Origin: Planctomycetota bacterium | GTDB taxonomy: Bacteria > Planctomycetota > PLA2 > JAEUHO01 | DNA: 64,000 bases | Direction of reading: 5' to 3' | Assembly (NCBI GenBank): GCA_050248855.1 | Contig: JBFWRP010000017.1 | Coordinates: 1 to 64,000 of the forward strand | Part shown: positions 19,500 through 31,855 of the stretch, one piece after another | Position numbering within the stretch: the stretch's first letter is position 1 | Layout of the letters: each line of letters starts with the position of its first letter | Notes under the pieces: model-generated | What the model was told of the DNA's origin: nothing | Database searches by the model: none | What the model saw: the letters and a program-made list of their open reading frames with translations, nothing else | Made by a program: the position numbers and the translations under genes

Positions 19500-20909
19500 A
19501 TGCCTTGGCATCCACCAGGTCGCACCGCGCCCAACGGGGCGCACGGGCGGACCGCGCCTTCCTCCCTGTTTCCGGCCGCGCCCTTGCTGGCGCCTGCCGT
19601 GCCACTCGGGGCCTCGCTCCCGCTGGGTCTGGCGGGGGGTGACGTCGTCCTGGCGTTGGTGCTCGTGTTGGCCGAGGTCCTGGCTTGGCTCGGCGCCACG
19701 GCGGAGGTGGCGCTCGACCACGTGAGCCGCTCCCGGCTCCTGGACGAGAGCGAGCCCGCGGAGCGCGAGGCGCTCGGGCGCAAGCTCGAGAGCACGCCGA
19801 CGCTCCAGTTCACGGCCCAGCTCGCGCGCTACCTGGGCAACGCCACCCTGGTCCTCGCGCTCGGCTACCTGGTCTTCCGCTCGGAAGCGCAGGGCGGCCA
19901 GGCGCTGCCGTTCGGCCTGGCCGTCACGGCGGTGCTGCTGGCGTTCGGTCTGACGTTCCTCGTCAACGACGTCCTGGCGCGCGTGGTCGCGGAACGCGAT
20001 CCGGAACGCATCGCGCGCCGCTCGCTGCCCGCACTGGCCGTGCTCGCCTTCCTGACCGCGCCCGTTCGCGCTCCGCTCAGGGCCCTGCTGCGGATCGTCT
20101 TCCGCGTGCGCCTGGACGACGGCCCGGCCACGGCGCGCGAGGAGGTCCGCGAGTCGCTGGAGGAGGGCGAGCGCGAGGGCGCGTTCAGCGCCGCCGAAGC
20201 GGAGATGATCGGGTCGATCATCGACATGAAGTCCAGCCGCGTGGAAGACGTGATGACGCCGCGCGGCGACATGGTCTCGATCGCGGAGACGGCCTCGCTG
20301 GACGAAGCCGTGCAGCTGGTCAACGCAGAGGGCTACAGCCGCATCCCCGTCCACCGTCGCGACCGCGACGACATCGTGGGCGTGCTGTACGCGCGCGACC
20401 TGCTGCAGCGCTGGAGACCGGCGGGCTCCGACACGGACGAGGCTCCCGCCGTGGGCCAGCTGCTCCGCCCCGCGTACTTCGTGCCGGAGGGCAAGCTGGT
20501 CGCCGACCTCATGCAGGACATGAAGGCGCGCAAGGTGCACTTGGCGGTCGTCGTCGACGAGCACACCCGCGTGGCGGGCGTCGTGACGATCGAGGACCTG
20601 CTCGAGGTGATCGTCGGCGACATCCAGGACGAGTACGACGAGGAGGAGGAGGCGCCGGCCCCCACACCCGAGGAGCTGGCCACGGGCAGCCTCGAGGTCG
20701 AAGGCCGCACGCCCATCGAGGACGTGAACCGCGCACTCGACGTGCACCTGCCGGTGACCGACGACTACGAGACGGTGGGCGGACTCCTCTTCCACGAGCT
20801 GGGCAAGGTCCCGGAGGCCGGCGACCGTCTCGAGCTGAGCGCGGTCGCGCTCACGGTCCTCGAAGCCGACGAGCGCACCGTGCGCCGTCTCCACGTCCAG
20901 AGGGTCTGA
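19500..20909 (+). CDS. HlyC/CorC family (CNNM-CBS-CorC) transporter; start uncertain
   Basis: TM domain, VMTPR, GYSRIPV, VVDEH...TIEDLLE.IVGDIQDEYD, ETVGGL. Confidence 0.88.
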   Translation: MPWHPPGRTAPNGAHGRTAPSSLFPAAPLLAPAVPLGASLPLGLAGGDVVLALVLVLAEVLAWLGATAEVALDHVSRSRLLDESEPAEREALGRKLESTPTLQFTAQLARYLGNATLVLALGYLVFRSEAQGGQALPFGLAVTAVLLAFGLTFLVNDVLARVVAERDPERIARRSLPALAVLAFLTAPVRAPLRALLRIVFRVRLDDGPATAREEVRESLEEGEREGAFSAAEAEMIGSIIDMKSSRVEDVMTPRGDMVSIAETASLDEAVQLVNAEGYSRIPVHRRDRDDIVGVLYARDLLQRWRPAGSDTDEAPAVGQLLRPAYFVPEGKLVADLMQDMKARKVHLAVVVDEHTRVAGVVTIEDLLEVIVGDIQDEYDEEEEAPAPTPEELATGSLEVEGRTPIEDVNRALDVHLPVTDDYETVGGLLFHELGKVPEAGDRLELSAVALTVLEADERTVRRLHVQRV

Positions 20910-20913
20910 TGCG

Positions 20914-21681
20914 GTGAGTCGCACCGCCGCCGAAGCCGTGGACGCCGTCGTCCTGCGCTGGGTCGCGTTCGGAGAGACCAGCCAGATCGTGCACCTTGCC
21001 ACCGCCGAGCGGGGGCGCGTCGCGGCGTTGGCCAAGGGCGCGCTCCGCCCGGGCTCGGCCTGCCAGGGCGGGCTCTTCACCGGTGCGCGAGGCGCCGCCG
21101 TGCTTCGCAAGCGTCGCGGCGACCTGGACTTGCTGACGTCGTTCCGCCTGGAGCACGTGCACGACGGGCTGGCGGGTGACCTGGAGCGCTGGCACGCGGC
21201 GCTGTACGTGCTCGAGCTGCTCCGTGCCTGGATGCATCCCGACCTGCCTGCGCCCGAGCTGTTCGCCGCGGGCACCACGGCGCTGTCGTTGCTCGACCGC
21301 GCACCGAGCGAGCAGCTCGCGGCCTGGGTCGTGTGGTTCGAAGCGCGCGCGCTGGCAGCGAGCGGACATCGCCCGGTGATCGATACCTGTGCGGCCTGCG
21401 GCGTGGACGACGGCAGCGCCCTCTGGTTCCACCCCGCTGCGGGCGGTCTGGTGCACGGCGCTTGCCGCCCGCCGGGAGAAGCCCGCCGCTTGGCCGGCGG
21501 CGACCGCGAGGTGCTGGCGCGGCTCTACACGGCCCGGCTGGGCGACTTGGCGCGCGAACCCCTCGACGATCGCGCCGTGGCGACGGCCCGCGCCCTGCAC
21601 GACGTGTTCGTCCCCTGGGTCCTGGAACGACGCCCCCGCCTGCTGGCCTCGGTGCCGCGCCCAGGGGTGACGGTCCGGTGA
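20914..21681 (+). CDS. recO: DNA repair protein RecO
   Basis: AVVLR...GETSQIV.L.T...G.VAALAKGA; CAAC zinc motif. Confidence 0.88.
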   Translation: MSRTAAEAVDAVVLRWVAFGETSQIVHLATAERGRVAALAKGALRPGSACQGGLFTGARGAAVLRKRRGDLDLLTSFRLEHVHDGLAGDLERWHAALYVLELLRAWMHPDLPAPELFAAGTTALSLLDRAPSEQLAAWVVWFEARALAASGHRPVIDTCAACGVDDGSALWFHPAAGGLVHGACRPPGEARRLAGGDREVLARLYTARLGDLAREPLDDRAVATARALHDVFVPWVLERRPRLLASVPRPGVTVR

Positions 21682-21715
21682 AGGCCGTGCCGACCTGGGG
21701 CGGTACCTTGGCCCG

Positions 21716-22966
21716 ATGGCCTCGCTCCTCCCCTTCCGTCCCGCCACGCGGCCCGGGTGCCTCGCCGTCCTGGCCCTGGCCCTCGGCGGCTGCAGCGGCC
21801 TGGGGGGCGACCCCCTCTCCGACATCGCCAACCTGGGCGCCAAGAACCCCCTGATCCCCAACCAGGTGGCGGGCGGCGACGCCGAGGACCCCGCGTTGCG
21901 CCGTGGCACGGACCGGGAGGCGGGCACCGATCCCGTCACGGCCAGCGAGGCGGAGGCCCTGCGCCGCGAGCGGATGCAGCAGGCCGCCACGCTCTGGGCC
22001 AACGCCGAACGCACGCAGGATCCCGAGGACGCCGCCGACCTCTACGCGGAGATCGCCGAGGAGTACCCGGAGTACGCACGCGCCGCCGAGGCGCGCTACC
22101 GCGCCGGCGTCCAGGCCTATCGCCGGCGGGCTTGGTACGAGAGCTTCGAGCAGCTGCGTTCCTACATGCAGGTCGCCCCCGTCAACCCGCACTTGAAGGA
22201 CATCGAGCGGATGGTCTACGAGGGCGGTCGCCGCCTGCTCGCCGAGAACCGCGAGGGCACCTTCAGCGTCTTCAAGAGCGACGAGGGCGCCACGACGATG
22301 CTGACCTACGTGGCTCAGGCCTTCCCGGCGGGTCTCTACGCGGACGATGCGCTCTACGTGCTGGGCCGCCACTACCAGGGCGAACGCGAACCCGATACCG
22401 CGGCGCTGACCTACCGGCAGCTGCTCATCTCGTACCCCGACAGCGAGTGGGTCTACATGACGCGCCTTGCGCTCGGCGACACGTACCTCGAGCGCGACCA
22501 GGGCGAGCCCTACCACGCCGGCTTCGTCGACCGCGACCCGCGCGAGCGGCTGCCCAGCGCCGAAGCCGCGCCGTTCGCGGGTCCGGTCAAGTCCGGGCCC
22601 GAGCTCGCACTCGAGCAGTTCGAGGCGTTCCTCGACGCCGTGCGCCCCGATCCGCGGCGCCGCGTCGAGTACGCGCAGCACGTGGACTACGCGGAGGGGC
22701 GTGCTCGCCAGATCCGCTTGGCCTTGGCCGCCAAGGAGCGGCGCACGGCAGCGTTCTACCGTTCCAACGGCGATGGGCAGGCTTCCCGCGTGTACGAGGA
22801 GGCCGCCCAGCGCTGGCTGGCGGGTCGTGGCGAGGCCCCTGCCGTGGTCGTACCCGGTGGTCCCGTGGTGGAGCCGCCGCCGCTCCCCGGCTCGGGCGCC
22901 GACTGGCCCGTGATGCCGACGGACGTGCCCGCCGAAGTGCCCGCGCCAGCACCGCCCGGGCGCTAG
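21716..22966 (+). CDS. BamD-like TPR lipoprotein
   Basis: Lipobox LGGC; TPR-like repeats (YPEYARA, FPAGLYADDA, YPDSEW); LAAKERRTAAFY. Confidence 0.7.
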   Translation: MASLLPFRPATRPGCLAVLALALGGCSGLGGDPLSDIANLGAKNPLIPNQVAGGDAEDPALRRGTDREAGTDPVTASEAEALRRERMQQAATLWANAERTQDPEDAADLYAEIAEEYPEYARAAEARYRAGVQAYRRRAWYESFEQLRSYMQVAPVNPHLKDIERMVYEGGRRLLAENREGTFSVFKSDEGATTMLTYVAQAFPAGLYADDALYVLGRHYQGEREPDTAALTYRQLLISYPDSEWVYMTRLALGDTYLERDQGEPYHAGFVDRDPRERLPSAEAAPFAGPVKSGPELALEQFEAFLDAVRPDPRRRVEYAQHVDYAEGRARQIRLALAAKERRTAAFYRSNGDGQASRVYEEAAQRWLAGRGEAPAVVVPGGPVVEPPPLPGSGADWPVMPTDVPAEVPAPAPPGR

Positions 22967-22970
22967 CTGC

Positions 22971-23471
22971 ATGCGCTTCGGCCTGCTCCCCCTCCTGCTC
23001 GGCATGCTGGCTGGCGTCGCCGCCGGGTGCCAGGGCTACTCGACCCAGCCGCTCACCACCCTGACGGGTGCGCGCACGATCGGCGTCCTGCCGATCGTCA
23101 ACAAGGGCTACCGCCGGGACCTCGAGATGCGCCTGACGCATGCGTTGCTCGCCGAGCTGCGCGCGCGCGGCACGATGGGCATCGTGGAGCCCACGCGAGC
23201 GGACGTGGTGTTGTCAGGCGAGATGTCCGCCGCCGAGGACGTGATCGGCCAAGACGACGAGCGCCGCCCGCTCGAGAAGCGGCTGCGGGGCACGCTCGAC
23301 ATCGTGCTGCGCGAGCGCGCGACCGGCCGCGTGCTGCGACGGGCCACCGTGGACGAGATCGAGGAGTACCGGCCCGATGCCGACGGCCGCGCCCTCGAGG
23401 GCCCGGCGACCGATGCCTGGACACGCCGCATGGCCCGCCGGGCCGTGGACGCCCTGGAAGCGCCCCTCTGA
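22971..23471 (+). CDS. LptE-like lipoprotein
   Basis: AAGCQGY, TIGV.PI.N...LE.RLT.AL..EL, ADVVLSG; follows the BamD-like gene. Confidence 0.7.
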   Translation: MRFGLLPLLLGMLAGVAAGCQGYSTQPLTTLTGARTIGVLPIVNKGYRRDLEMRLTHALLAELRARGTMGIVEPTRADVVLSGEMSAAEDVIGQDDERRPLEKRLRGTLDIVLRERATGRVLRRATVDEIEEYRPDADGRALEGPATDAWTRRMARRAVDALEAPL

Positions 23472-23516
23472 CCCCGGCAGGTCGACCCGGCGTCCGCGGG
23501 TAGACTCCGGCCTTCC

Positions 23517-25571
<2,055 letters not shown>

Positions 25572-25572
25572 C

Positions 25573-26397
25573 GTGGAAGGGCACGTCACCGTCTGGGGTG
25601 TGGTCAACGTCACGCCCGACTCGTTCAGCGACGGTGGACGCCACGCCGACACGGCCTCGGCGCTGACCCACGCACGTGCCTTGCGCCGTGCGGGCGCCGA
25701 GGTGCTCGACATCGGCGGCGAGAGCACGCGCCCCGGCGCGGCCCCCGTGCCCCTCGACGTCGAGGTGGATCGCGTCGTCCCGCTGGTTCGCGCGCTTCGC
25801 GACCAGGGCGACGACGGGCTCGTCAGCGTGGACACGCGTCATCCCGTCGTCGCGCGCGCGGCCCTGGCCGCAGGGGCCGACATCGTCAACGACGTCGGTG
25901 GCGGCCGCGACCCCGCGCTGCTCGAAGTGGTTGCCGAGCGGGGGGCCGGGCTGGTCCTGATGCACATGCAGGGCGAGCCGCGCACCATGCAGGCCGCCCC
26001 CACGTACGGGGACGTCGTGTCCGAGGTGATCGCCTTCCTCGTCGCCCAGGCCCAGGCGGCCCGGGCCCTGGGCATCCGCCGGGTCTGGTTGGATCCCGGG
26101 CTGGGGTTCGGCAAGACGACCCGTCACAACCTGCAGCTCCTGGCGGGCCTCGAGCGGCTGGTCGCCGAGGGGCCGGTGCTGCTGGGTGCGTCGCGCAAGC
26201 GGTTCCTGGGCGAGCTCACCGACGAGCCCCAGGCCGATCGGCGCCTCGCGGGCTCGCTGGCCGCCGCCGCCCGTGGCTTCGAGGCCGGCGTCGACGCCGT
26301 GCGCGTCCATGACGTCCGCGAGACGCGCCAGCTGCTCGACGTCCTCGAGGCCATTCGCAGGCACGCGGGAATCGGGGACGGTCGCGCGATCGGATAG
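25573..26397 (+). CDS. folP: Dihydropteroate synthase
   Basis: NVTPDSFSDGG, DIGGESTRPG, DPGLGFGK, GASRK, RVHDV. Confidence 0.95.
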   Translation: MEGHVTVWGVVNVTPDSFSDGGRHADTASALTHARALRRAGAEVLDIGGESTRPGAAPVPLDVEVDRVVPLVRALRDQGDDGLVSVDTRHPVVARAALAAGADIVNDVGGGRDPALLEVVAERGAGLVLMHMQGEPRTMQAAPTYGDVVSEVIAFLVAQAQAARALGIRRVWLDPGLGFGKTTRHNLQLLAGLERLVAEGPVLLGASRKRFLGELTDEPQADRRLAGSLAAAARGFEAGVDAVRVHDVRETRQLLDVLEAIRRHAGIGDGRAIG

Positions 26398-26409
26398 GAT
26401 CCGGACCGC

Positions 26410-27303
26410 GTGAGCATGCAGGGGCCCGCTCTCTCGTCGTTCGCCCTGGCCGACGCCGCCTCGAGCGCCGTCGCTTCCTCGCCGCTCGCCTTCCTGACGA
26501 GCATGGACTTCCGCGACTGGCTCCAGCTGGGGCTCCTGTTCGTCGTCCTCTACCTGTTCCTGCGCTTCCTCCGGCGCACGATCGCCGGGGCCATCTTCCG
26601 CGGTCCGGCAATGCTCTCCTGGATCGTGATCCTGGGCGTGTTCCTGCTGCTGCAGCAGCTGGGCTTGGACGTGCTCAACGAGATCTTCCGCGGTGCGTTC
26701 CCGATCCTGATCCTGGCCCTCGTCGTGACCTTCCAGATCGAGCTGCGCCACGGCATCGCGCGGTTGGGCCGTCGGGGTCTGTTGCGTCGCTTCCTCGACC
26801 GCGAGGCACCGGAAGCCCCCGAGATCCGCGTGGTCGACGAGATCATCCGGGCCGTCACCGACTTCGCCCGCAAGCGCGTCGGCGCGCTCATCGCCATCGA
26901 GCGCAACATCGACCTGGGCACCTACATCGACACGGGCGTGCCGATGGACTCGCTGATCCGGGCCGAGACCCTCGACACGATCTTCAACACCGACACGGTG
27001 CTGCACGACGGCGCCGTGATCGTGCGCGGGGACCGCATCGCGGCGGCGGGGTGCATCCTGCCGCTCACCGAGCGACCGCAGCTGGCCCGCACGTACGGCA
27101 CGCGGCACCGGGCCGCGATCGGCCTCAGCGAGCAGAGCGATGCCGTCATCCTGGTCGTGTCGGAAGAGCGTGGGCAGATCCACCTCGTCGAGCGCGGCGA
27201 GATGACGCCCCACGCCGACGCCAAGTGGCTGCGCGGCGTGCTCAACGTGGTCTTCGCCGAGAAGCACGGCGTCGCCCCCCGCACCCAGGACGCCGCGGCG
27301 TGA
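26410..27303 (+). CDS. cdaA: Diadenylate cyclase (CdaA/DacA type)
   Basis: TM segments, FQ.ELR, GALIAIER, LHDGA, GTRHRAAIG, VSEE.G. Confidence 0.92.
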   Translation: MSMQGPALSSFALADAASSAVASSPLAFLTSMDFRDWLQLGLLFVVLYLFLRFLRRTIAGAIFRGPAMLSWIVILGVFLLLQQLGLDVLNEIFRGAFPILILALVVTFQIELRHGIARLGRRGLLRRFLDREAPEAPEIRVVDEIIRAVTDFARKRVGALIAIERNIDLGTYIDTGVPMDSLIRAETLDTIFNTDTVLHDGAVIVRGDRIAAAGCILPLTERPQLARTYGTRHRAAIGLSEQSDAVILVVSEERGQIHLVERGEMTPHADAKWLRGVLNVVFAEKHGVAPRTQDAAA

Positions 27304-28526
27304 GCGACCCCGTCGCCCCCCCCAGCGCCTCCTCCGGCCTCGCCGGCGGCGGGGGCATCTCGTGGCGGCTGCTGCTCAAGCGCGAGTGGGGCCTGCTCGT
27401 GCTCGCGCTGGCGCTCAGCCTCATGGTGTTCTCGCTCGTCCGCTCGGACATCGACCGCGAGCAGGTGCTGGCCGACATCCCGATCACGGCCCACGCCGCC
27501 CAGCCCGACATCCAAGTCCGCTTCGCGCCCGGCGAGGACCGCATCCAGCTCACGCTGATGTGCTCGCAGATGGACTACCGCGAGGCGGAACGCTCCGTGA
27601 TCGGTCCGGAGGGCACGCCGGTGCGCGTGATCCTCGGCGATGTACCGGCCGCGACGCGCCCACTCGGTACGCGCGACCGGCTGGAGCTGCCCTTCTCGCC
27701 CTCGTTCGTGAAGCCGGGCAGCATCCAGACGGCCCTCGCCGGCCTGAAGGGCTGGGCCTACGTGACCGAGCCGCGCACCATCCGCTACCTGGAACCCGCC
27801 ACGATCCCCAGCGCCGAGGAGCTCCTCGCCACGTACGGCGTCGAATGCACGCTCACGTACACCCAGTCCGCAGAACGGATCGAAGGCGTGATCTTCCCGC
27901 GCGGCATGGAGCCCAAGGACGAGGAAGCCAACCGGGCCGCCATCCGTCCGGACCCCGTGGACCTCACGCCCTACCTGCCGAGCGCTCCCGTGGCGGACGG
28001 CCTGGAGATCGAGATCGGCACGCCCGTCCGTTTCCGGGAGTGGCGCACGCGCGGCGAGAAGGAGCATCCCGACCGGGTCTGGCGCGAGTCCATGGAGCTC
28101 CCCGAGCGCAAGCTCAAGGCGCAGTTCAAGGTCGTGGACAAGAGCTGGCGCAAGGCGGCCGTGGAGAACGTGGTCGTCCTGCTGGTGCGGGATCCGCACC
28201 AGTTCGAGATGCAGGTGCGTGACCGCGACCGCCTGGGCATGAGCGACCTGATGGACCGGGTCGGCGGCGTGCTGGAGGCCACGCGTCCGGTGCACGAAGC
28301 CCTGCGCGCCGCCGGCGAGCGCAACCTCGTGGCGGACTCCCTGGCCGGCTGGGTCTGGGGCATCGAGATCAAGTCCGGGGAGCTCCCGACGGAAGCAGGC
28401 CAACGTGCGGAGCTCACGGGCCGCATCGTCTTCGTGCCCCTCGGCCCGGCGTTCGCGGGTTCCGCCGTGCGCTTCGTGCCCGAGGCCCTGCAGAGCGAGT
28501 TCCCGCTCACGCTCGAGCGGAAGTAG
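27300..28526 (+). CDS. Membrane-anchored protein in the CdaR/YbbR position
   Basis: Single N-terminal TM (LALALSLMVF); overlaps the cdaA stop. Identity inferred from position only. Confidence 0.5.
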   Translation: MSDPVAPPSASSGLAGGGGISWRLLLKREWGLLVLALALSLMVFSLVRSDIDREQVLADIPITAHAAQPDIQVRFAPGEDRIQLTLMCSQMDYREAERSVIGPEGTPVRVILGDVPAATRPLGTRDRLELPFSPSFVKPGSIQTALAGLKGWAYVTEPRTIRYLEPATIPSAEELLATYGVECTLTYTQSAERIEGVIFPRGMEPKDEEANRAAIRPDPVDLTPYLPSAPVADGLEIEIGTPVRFREWRTRGEKEHPDRVWRESMELPERKLKAQFKVVDKSWRKAAVENVVVLLVRDPHQFEMQVRDRDRLGMSDLMDRVGGVLEATRPVHEALRAAGERNLVADSLAGWVWGIEIKSGELPTEAGQRAELTGRIVFVPLGPAFAGSAVRFVPEALQSEFPLTLERK

Positions 28527-29874
28527 ACGCGATCGCGGCCAGGCGTTCGACGGCTTCGTCCACGAGCCTCGCATCGCGGCCCTCGGCCATGATGCGCAGC
28601 AGGGGCTCGGTACCGCTGTAGCGCACCACGAAGCGCAGGCCCCCCGCCGCCTTGGCCTCGAGGGCGGCCTGCTCGTCGCGCAGCGCCGCCCAGCCATCGA
28701 GCGGGATGCGCTCCTGCATGCGCACGTTGACCAGACGCTGCGGGTGACGGGGCCGATCGGCGCGCCATGCCGACAGCGGACGACCCAGGCGGCGCGCCGC
28801 CTGGAGCACGCGGACGCCCGCAGCGACCGCATCGCCGATCAGCGGCGGCGGCGCGCCCAGGTCGGAGCGCGCCAAGACGACGTGGCCGGAGGGCTCCCCG
28901 CCCAGCGCCGCGCCGCGCTCGCGCATGCGGTCGGCCACGTGCCGGTCCCCGACCGCCGCCCGCACCAGCTCCACGCCATCGCGCGCCAGCACGTCCTGCA
29001 GGCCGAGGTTGCTCATGACGGTGCCCACGACGCAGCCGCCGGGCACGGCCCCGTCGAAGGCCACGTGCTCGCGAGCCAGGATCGACAGCAGGTCGTCACC
29101 GTCGAGCAGCTCCCCGGTCTCGTCGGCAAGGAGCACGCGGTCGGCATCCCCGTCCAGCGCCATGCCGACCCAGCCCGGTCGCCCGCGGACGGCCTCGAGC
29201 CATGCCTCGGGGTGCTCGGAGCCGCAGGCGTCGTTGATCGGGCGCGAGCCCGCCGGGTGCAGCGTGACGACCACGGCGCCCAAGGCCTCGAGGAGCGCCG
29301 AGGCGGTTGGCGTCGCTGCGCCCGCGGCCAGGTCGACCACGACACGCGTACCGGTCAAGGCCCCATGGGGCGCGAGCCACGCGGTCGTCTCCGTGACGTA
29401 GCGCTCGACCCAGGCCGGGGCGGATTCGACGTGGACCTGGACCTTCGCCGCGGTGGGGGGAGCCTTGTCCACCAGGTGTTCGACGGCGGCCTCTTCGTCG
29501 GGCGTCATCTTGCGCCCGCCGGGCAGGAACGGCTTGATGCCGTTGTAGGCGGGTGGGTTGTGCGACGCGCTGAGCATCAGGCCGAGGTCGTGCTCGTTGC
29601 GGGCCAGCGCAAAGGCCAGGGCCGGCGTCGGAAGCAACCCCGCGTCCTCCAGCATCACGCCCTCGGCCGCCAAGCCCGTGGCGAGGCCGGAGAGCAAGGC
29701 GGGTCCGCTCGGCCGCGGATCGCGGCCGAACAGCACGCGGGGGGCACGCCCCTGCACACGCGCGGCCAGGAACCGCCCCAACGCATGACCGATTCGCGAC
29801 AGCGACTCGGCGGACAGGCGCCCCTCGCCTGCCACGTCGCGGATGCCGTCGGTGCCGAACCACGACGTGCCCAA
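28507..29874 (-). CDS. glmM: Phosphoglucosamine mutase
   Basis: FGTDGIR, SASHNP, DGDADR, TVMSN, VGDR.V, GGEPSGH, RYSGTEP. Confidence 0.9.
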   Translation of the reverse strand: MGTSWFGTDGIRDVAGEGRLSAESLSRIGHALGRFLAARVQGRAPRVLFGRDPRPSGPALLSGLATGLAAEGVMLEDAGLLPTPALAFALARNEHDLGLMLSASHNPPAYNGIKPFLPGGRKMTPDEEAAVEHLVDKAPPTAAKVQVHVESAPAWVERYVTETTAWLAPHGALTGTRVVVDLAAGAATPTASALLEALGAVVVTLHPAGSRPINDACGSEHPEAWLEAVRGRPGWVGMALDGDADRVLLADETGELLDGDDLLSILAREHVAFDGAVPGGCVVGTVMSNLGLQDVLARDGVELVRAAVGDRHVADRMRERGAALGGEPSGHVVLARSDLGAPPPLIGDAVAAGVRVLQAARRLGRPLSAWRADRPRHPQRLVNVRMQERIPLDGWAALRDEQAALEAKAAGGLRFVVRYSGTEPLLRIMAEGRDARLVDEAVERLAAIASTSARA

Positions 29875-29964
29875 GGAAGCGCTCCTCCTGCGACGGGCGC
29901 TCGCGGCCCCTTCGCGTGCGGAATGGACCCGGCGGCGGGATGCCGGGAGAGTAGGGCGGAGCCG

Positions 29965-30672
29965 ATGCCCGCGCGCCCCTTCCCCGACCCCATCGACCCC
30001 ACGCTCGTCGTGGCCACCAGCGGCGATGCCGCGCGCCTCGGGCTGGCGCTGCCCGGAGGAGCGTGGAGCGAGAGCGAGGCCCTCGCCTCGGGCGCACGAG
30101 GCCGCGACGTGGTGCCCGCGGCCCAGGCGCTGCTGGCAGCCCAGGCCCTCGCCCCGCGGGCGCTCGGCACCGTGCTGGTGGACGTCGGGCCGGGCTCGTT
30201 CACGGGCGTGCGACTGGGCGTCACGCTGGCGAAGACGCTGGCGTTCGCCACGGGCGCGCGCCTGCTGGCCGTCACCAGCCTCGAGGCCCTGGCGGCCGCC
30301 GCCCCGTCCGACGCCCCCGTCCTGGCCCTGGTCGAGGCCGGGCGCGGCACGTGGTACGGGGCGCGCTTCGAGCCGGTCGATGCTGACGGTCGCCGGGCCG
30401 TGGCCGTCGCGGCTGACCGCCGGCCGTCCGACGCGTGGCAGCGCGACGCCGTCGACGCCCTTTGGATCGGCGAGCGGCTGGAGCGCTTCCCCGCCGCATC
30501 CGACCCGGAGGCCTGGGGCGCGCGCGCGGTGCGGTCGCACGTCCTCGGTCCCCGCGACGTGCTTCTCGCCTGCGTGGACCTGGCCACGGCACCCGGACGG
30601 GCAGCACATGGCCTCGAGCCCTGCTACCTCCAACCCAGCGCCCCCGAGCGCGCCCGCCGAGGCGAACCGTGA
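29965..30672 (+). CDS. tsaB: tRNA threonylcarbamoyladenosine biosynthesis protein TsaB
   Basis: GPGSFTGVRLG...AKTLA, LEP.YL. Confidence 0.88.
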   Translation: MPARPFPDPIDPTLVVATSGDAARLGLALPGGAWSESEALASGARGRDVVPAAQALLAAQALAPRALGTVLVDVGPGSFTGVRLGVTLAKTLAFATGARLLAVTSLEALAAAAPSDAPVLALVEAGRGTWYGARFEPVDADGRRAVAVAADRRPSDAWQRDAVDALWIGERLERFPAASDPEAWGARAVRSHVLGPRDVLLACVDLATAPGRAAHGLEPCYLQPSAPERARRGEP

Positions 30673-30697
30673 TGCGGCGCCCCTTGGACCGTCCACC

Positions 30698-31855
30698 GTG
30701 CTGAACGCACGCACGTGGACGGAGGTGGACCTGCCGGCGCTCGGACGCAACCTGCGCGTCGTACGCGCGGCCTGCGGCCCCGGCGTGGCCGTCATGCCCG
30801 TGGTGAAGGCGGACGCCTACGGCCATGGAGCCGTGCCCGTCGCCTGGCACCTCGTGCGCGAAGGCATCGCGATGCTCGGTGTCGGCGACAGCACGGAGGC
30901 CCTCGAGCTGCGCGCCGCAGGGATCACGGCTCCCATCCTGGTGCTCGGCGCCGTGGTCGATGGCGAGCTGCCCGACGTGCTGCGGGGTGGGATCGACCTC
31001 ACGATCCACTCGGGGGATCGCGTGCGTCGGCTCCGCGAGACGGTGCGCGCCACGCGGCGGCCCGTGCGCGTGCACCTCAAGGTGGACACCGGCATGGGCC
31101 GGCTCGGCTGCCACCCCGAGCGCGCCGTCGAGATCGCGCGCGAGGTCGTGGGCCACGAGGGTCTTGCGCTGGCCGGCGTGGCCACGCACCTCGCCAGCGT
31201 GGGCCCCGACGGCGGCGCCGCCGCGGCGTCCCAGCTCGCGCGCTTCCGCCAGGTGCTCGACGAGCTGGAGCAGGCCGGCATCCGGCCGCCCTGGCGCCAC
31301 GCGCATGCAAGTGCCGGCATCCTGGCCGCGCTCACGCGCGAGGTGAACCTCGTGCGCCCCGGCATCGCGCTCTACGGCATCCCTCCGCATCCGGGCGCCC
31401 CGAACGGCCTGGAGCGGGTCCTCGCATGGCGGACCCAGATCGTCTTCCTGAAGGACCATCGGGAGGGTGCGGCCATCGGCTACGAGGGCACGTGGACGGC
31501 ATCGCGGCGCTGTCGCATCGCCACCCTGCCCGTCGGCTACAACGACGGTTTCCGCTTCACCCTGGGCAATCAAGCCGAGGTCCTGGTGCGTGGACGACGC
31601 TGCCCCGTGGTGGGTCGCGTCTCGATGGACTACGTCTGCATCGACGTCACCGACGTCCCCGGCGCCGCCGTGGACGACGTCGTCACGCTGGTCGGGCGAG
31701 ATGGCGACGAGGAGGTCACCGTGGAGGAGATGGCCCGGCTGGCCGGCACCATTCCCCACGACGTGCTCTGCGGCATCGGCCGCCGGGTCCGGCGCATCTA
31801 CCGCGGCGAGGGGCCGCCTGCGCCGACCGCGCCCGGGACGACGAGTCCCCGGTGA
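30698..31855 (+). CDS. alr: Alanine racemase
   Basis: VVKADAYGHG, HLKVDTGMGRLG, VRPGIALYG, GYNDG, GRVSMD. Confidence 0.96.
   Translation: MLNARTWTEVDLPALGRNLRVVRAACGPGVAVMPVVKADAYGHGAVPVAWHLVREGIAMLGVGDSTEALELRAAGITAPILVLGAVVDGELPDVLRGGIDLTIHSGDRVRRLRETVRATRRPVRVHLKVDTGMGRLGCHPERAVEIAREVVGHEGLALAGVATHLASVGPDGGAAAASQLARFRQVLDELEQAGIRPPWRHAHASAGILAALTREVNLVRPGIALYGIPPHPGAPNGLERVLAWRTQIVFLKDHREGAAIGYEGTWTASRRCRIATLPVGYNDGFRFTLGNQAEVLVRGRRCPVVGRVSMDYVCIDVTDVPGAAVDDVVTLVGRDGDEEVTVEEMARLAGTIPHDVLCGIGRRVRRIYRGEGPPAPTAPGTTSPR

Noticed and set aside
30715..31851. N-terminal extension of the 1610-aa ORF
   Set aside because: It overlaps alr in another frame; the real AsmA-like start is ~31852.
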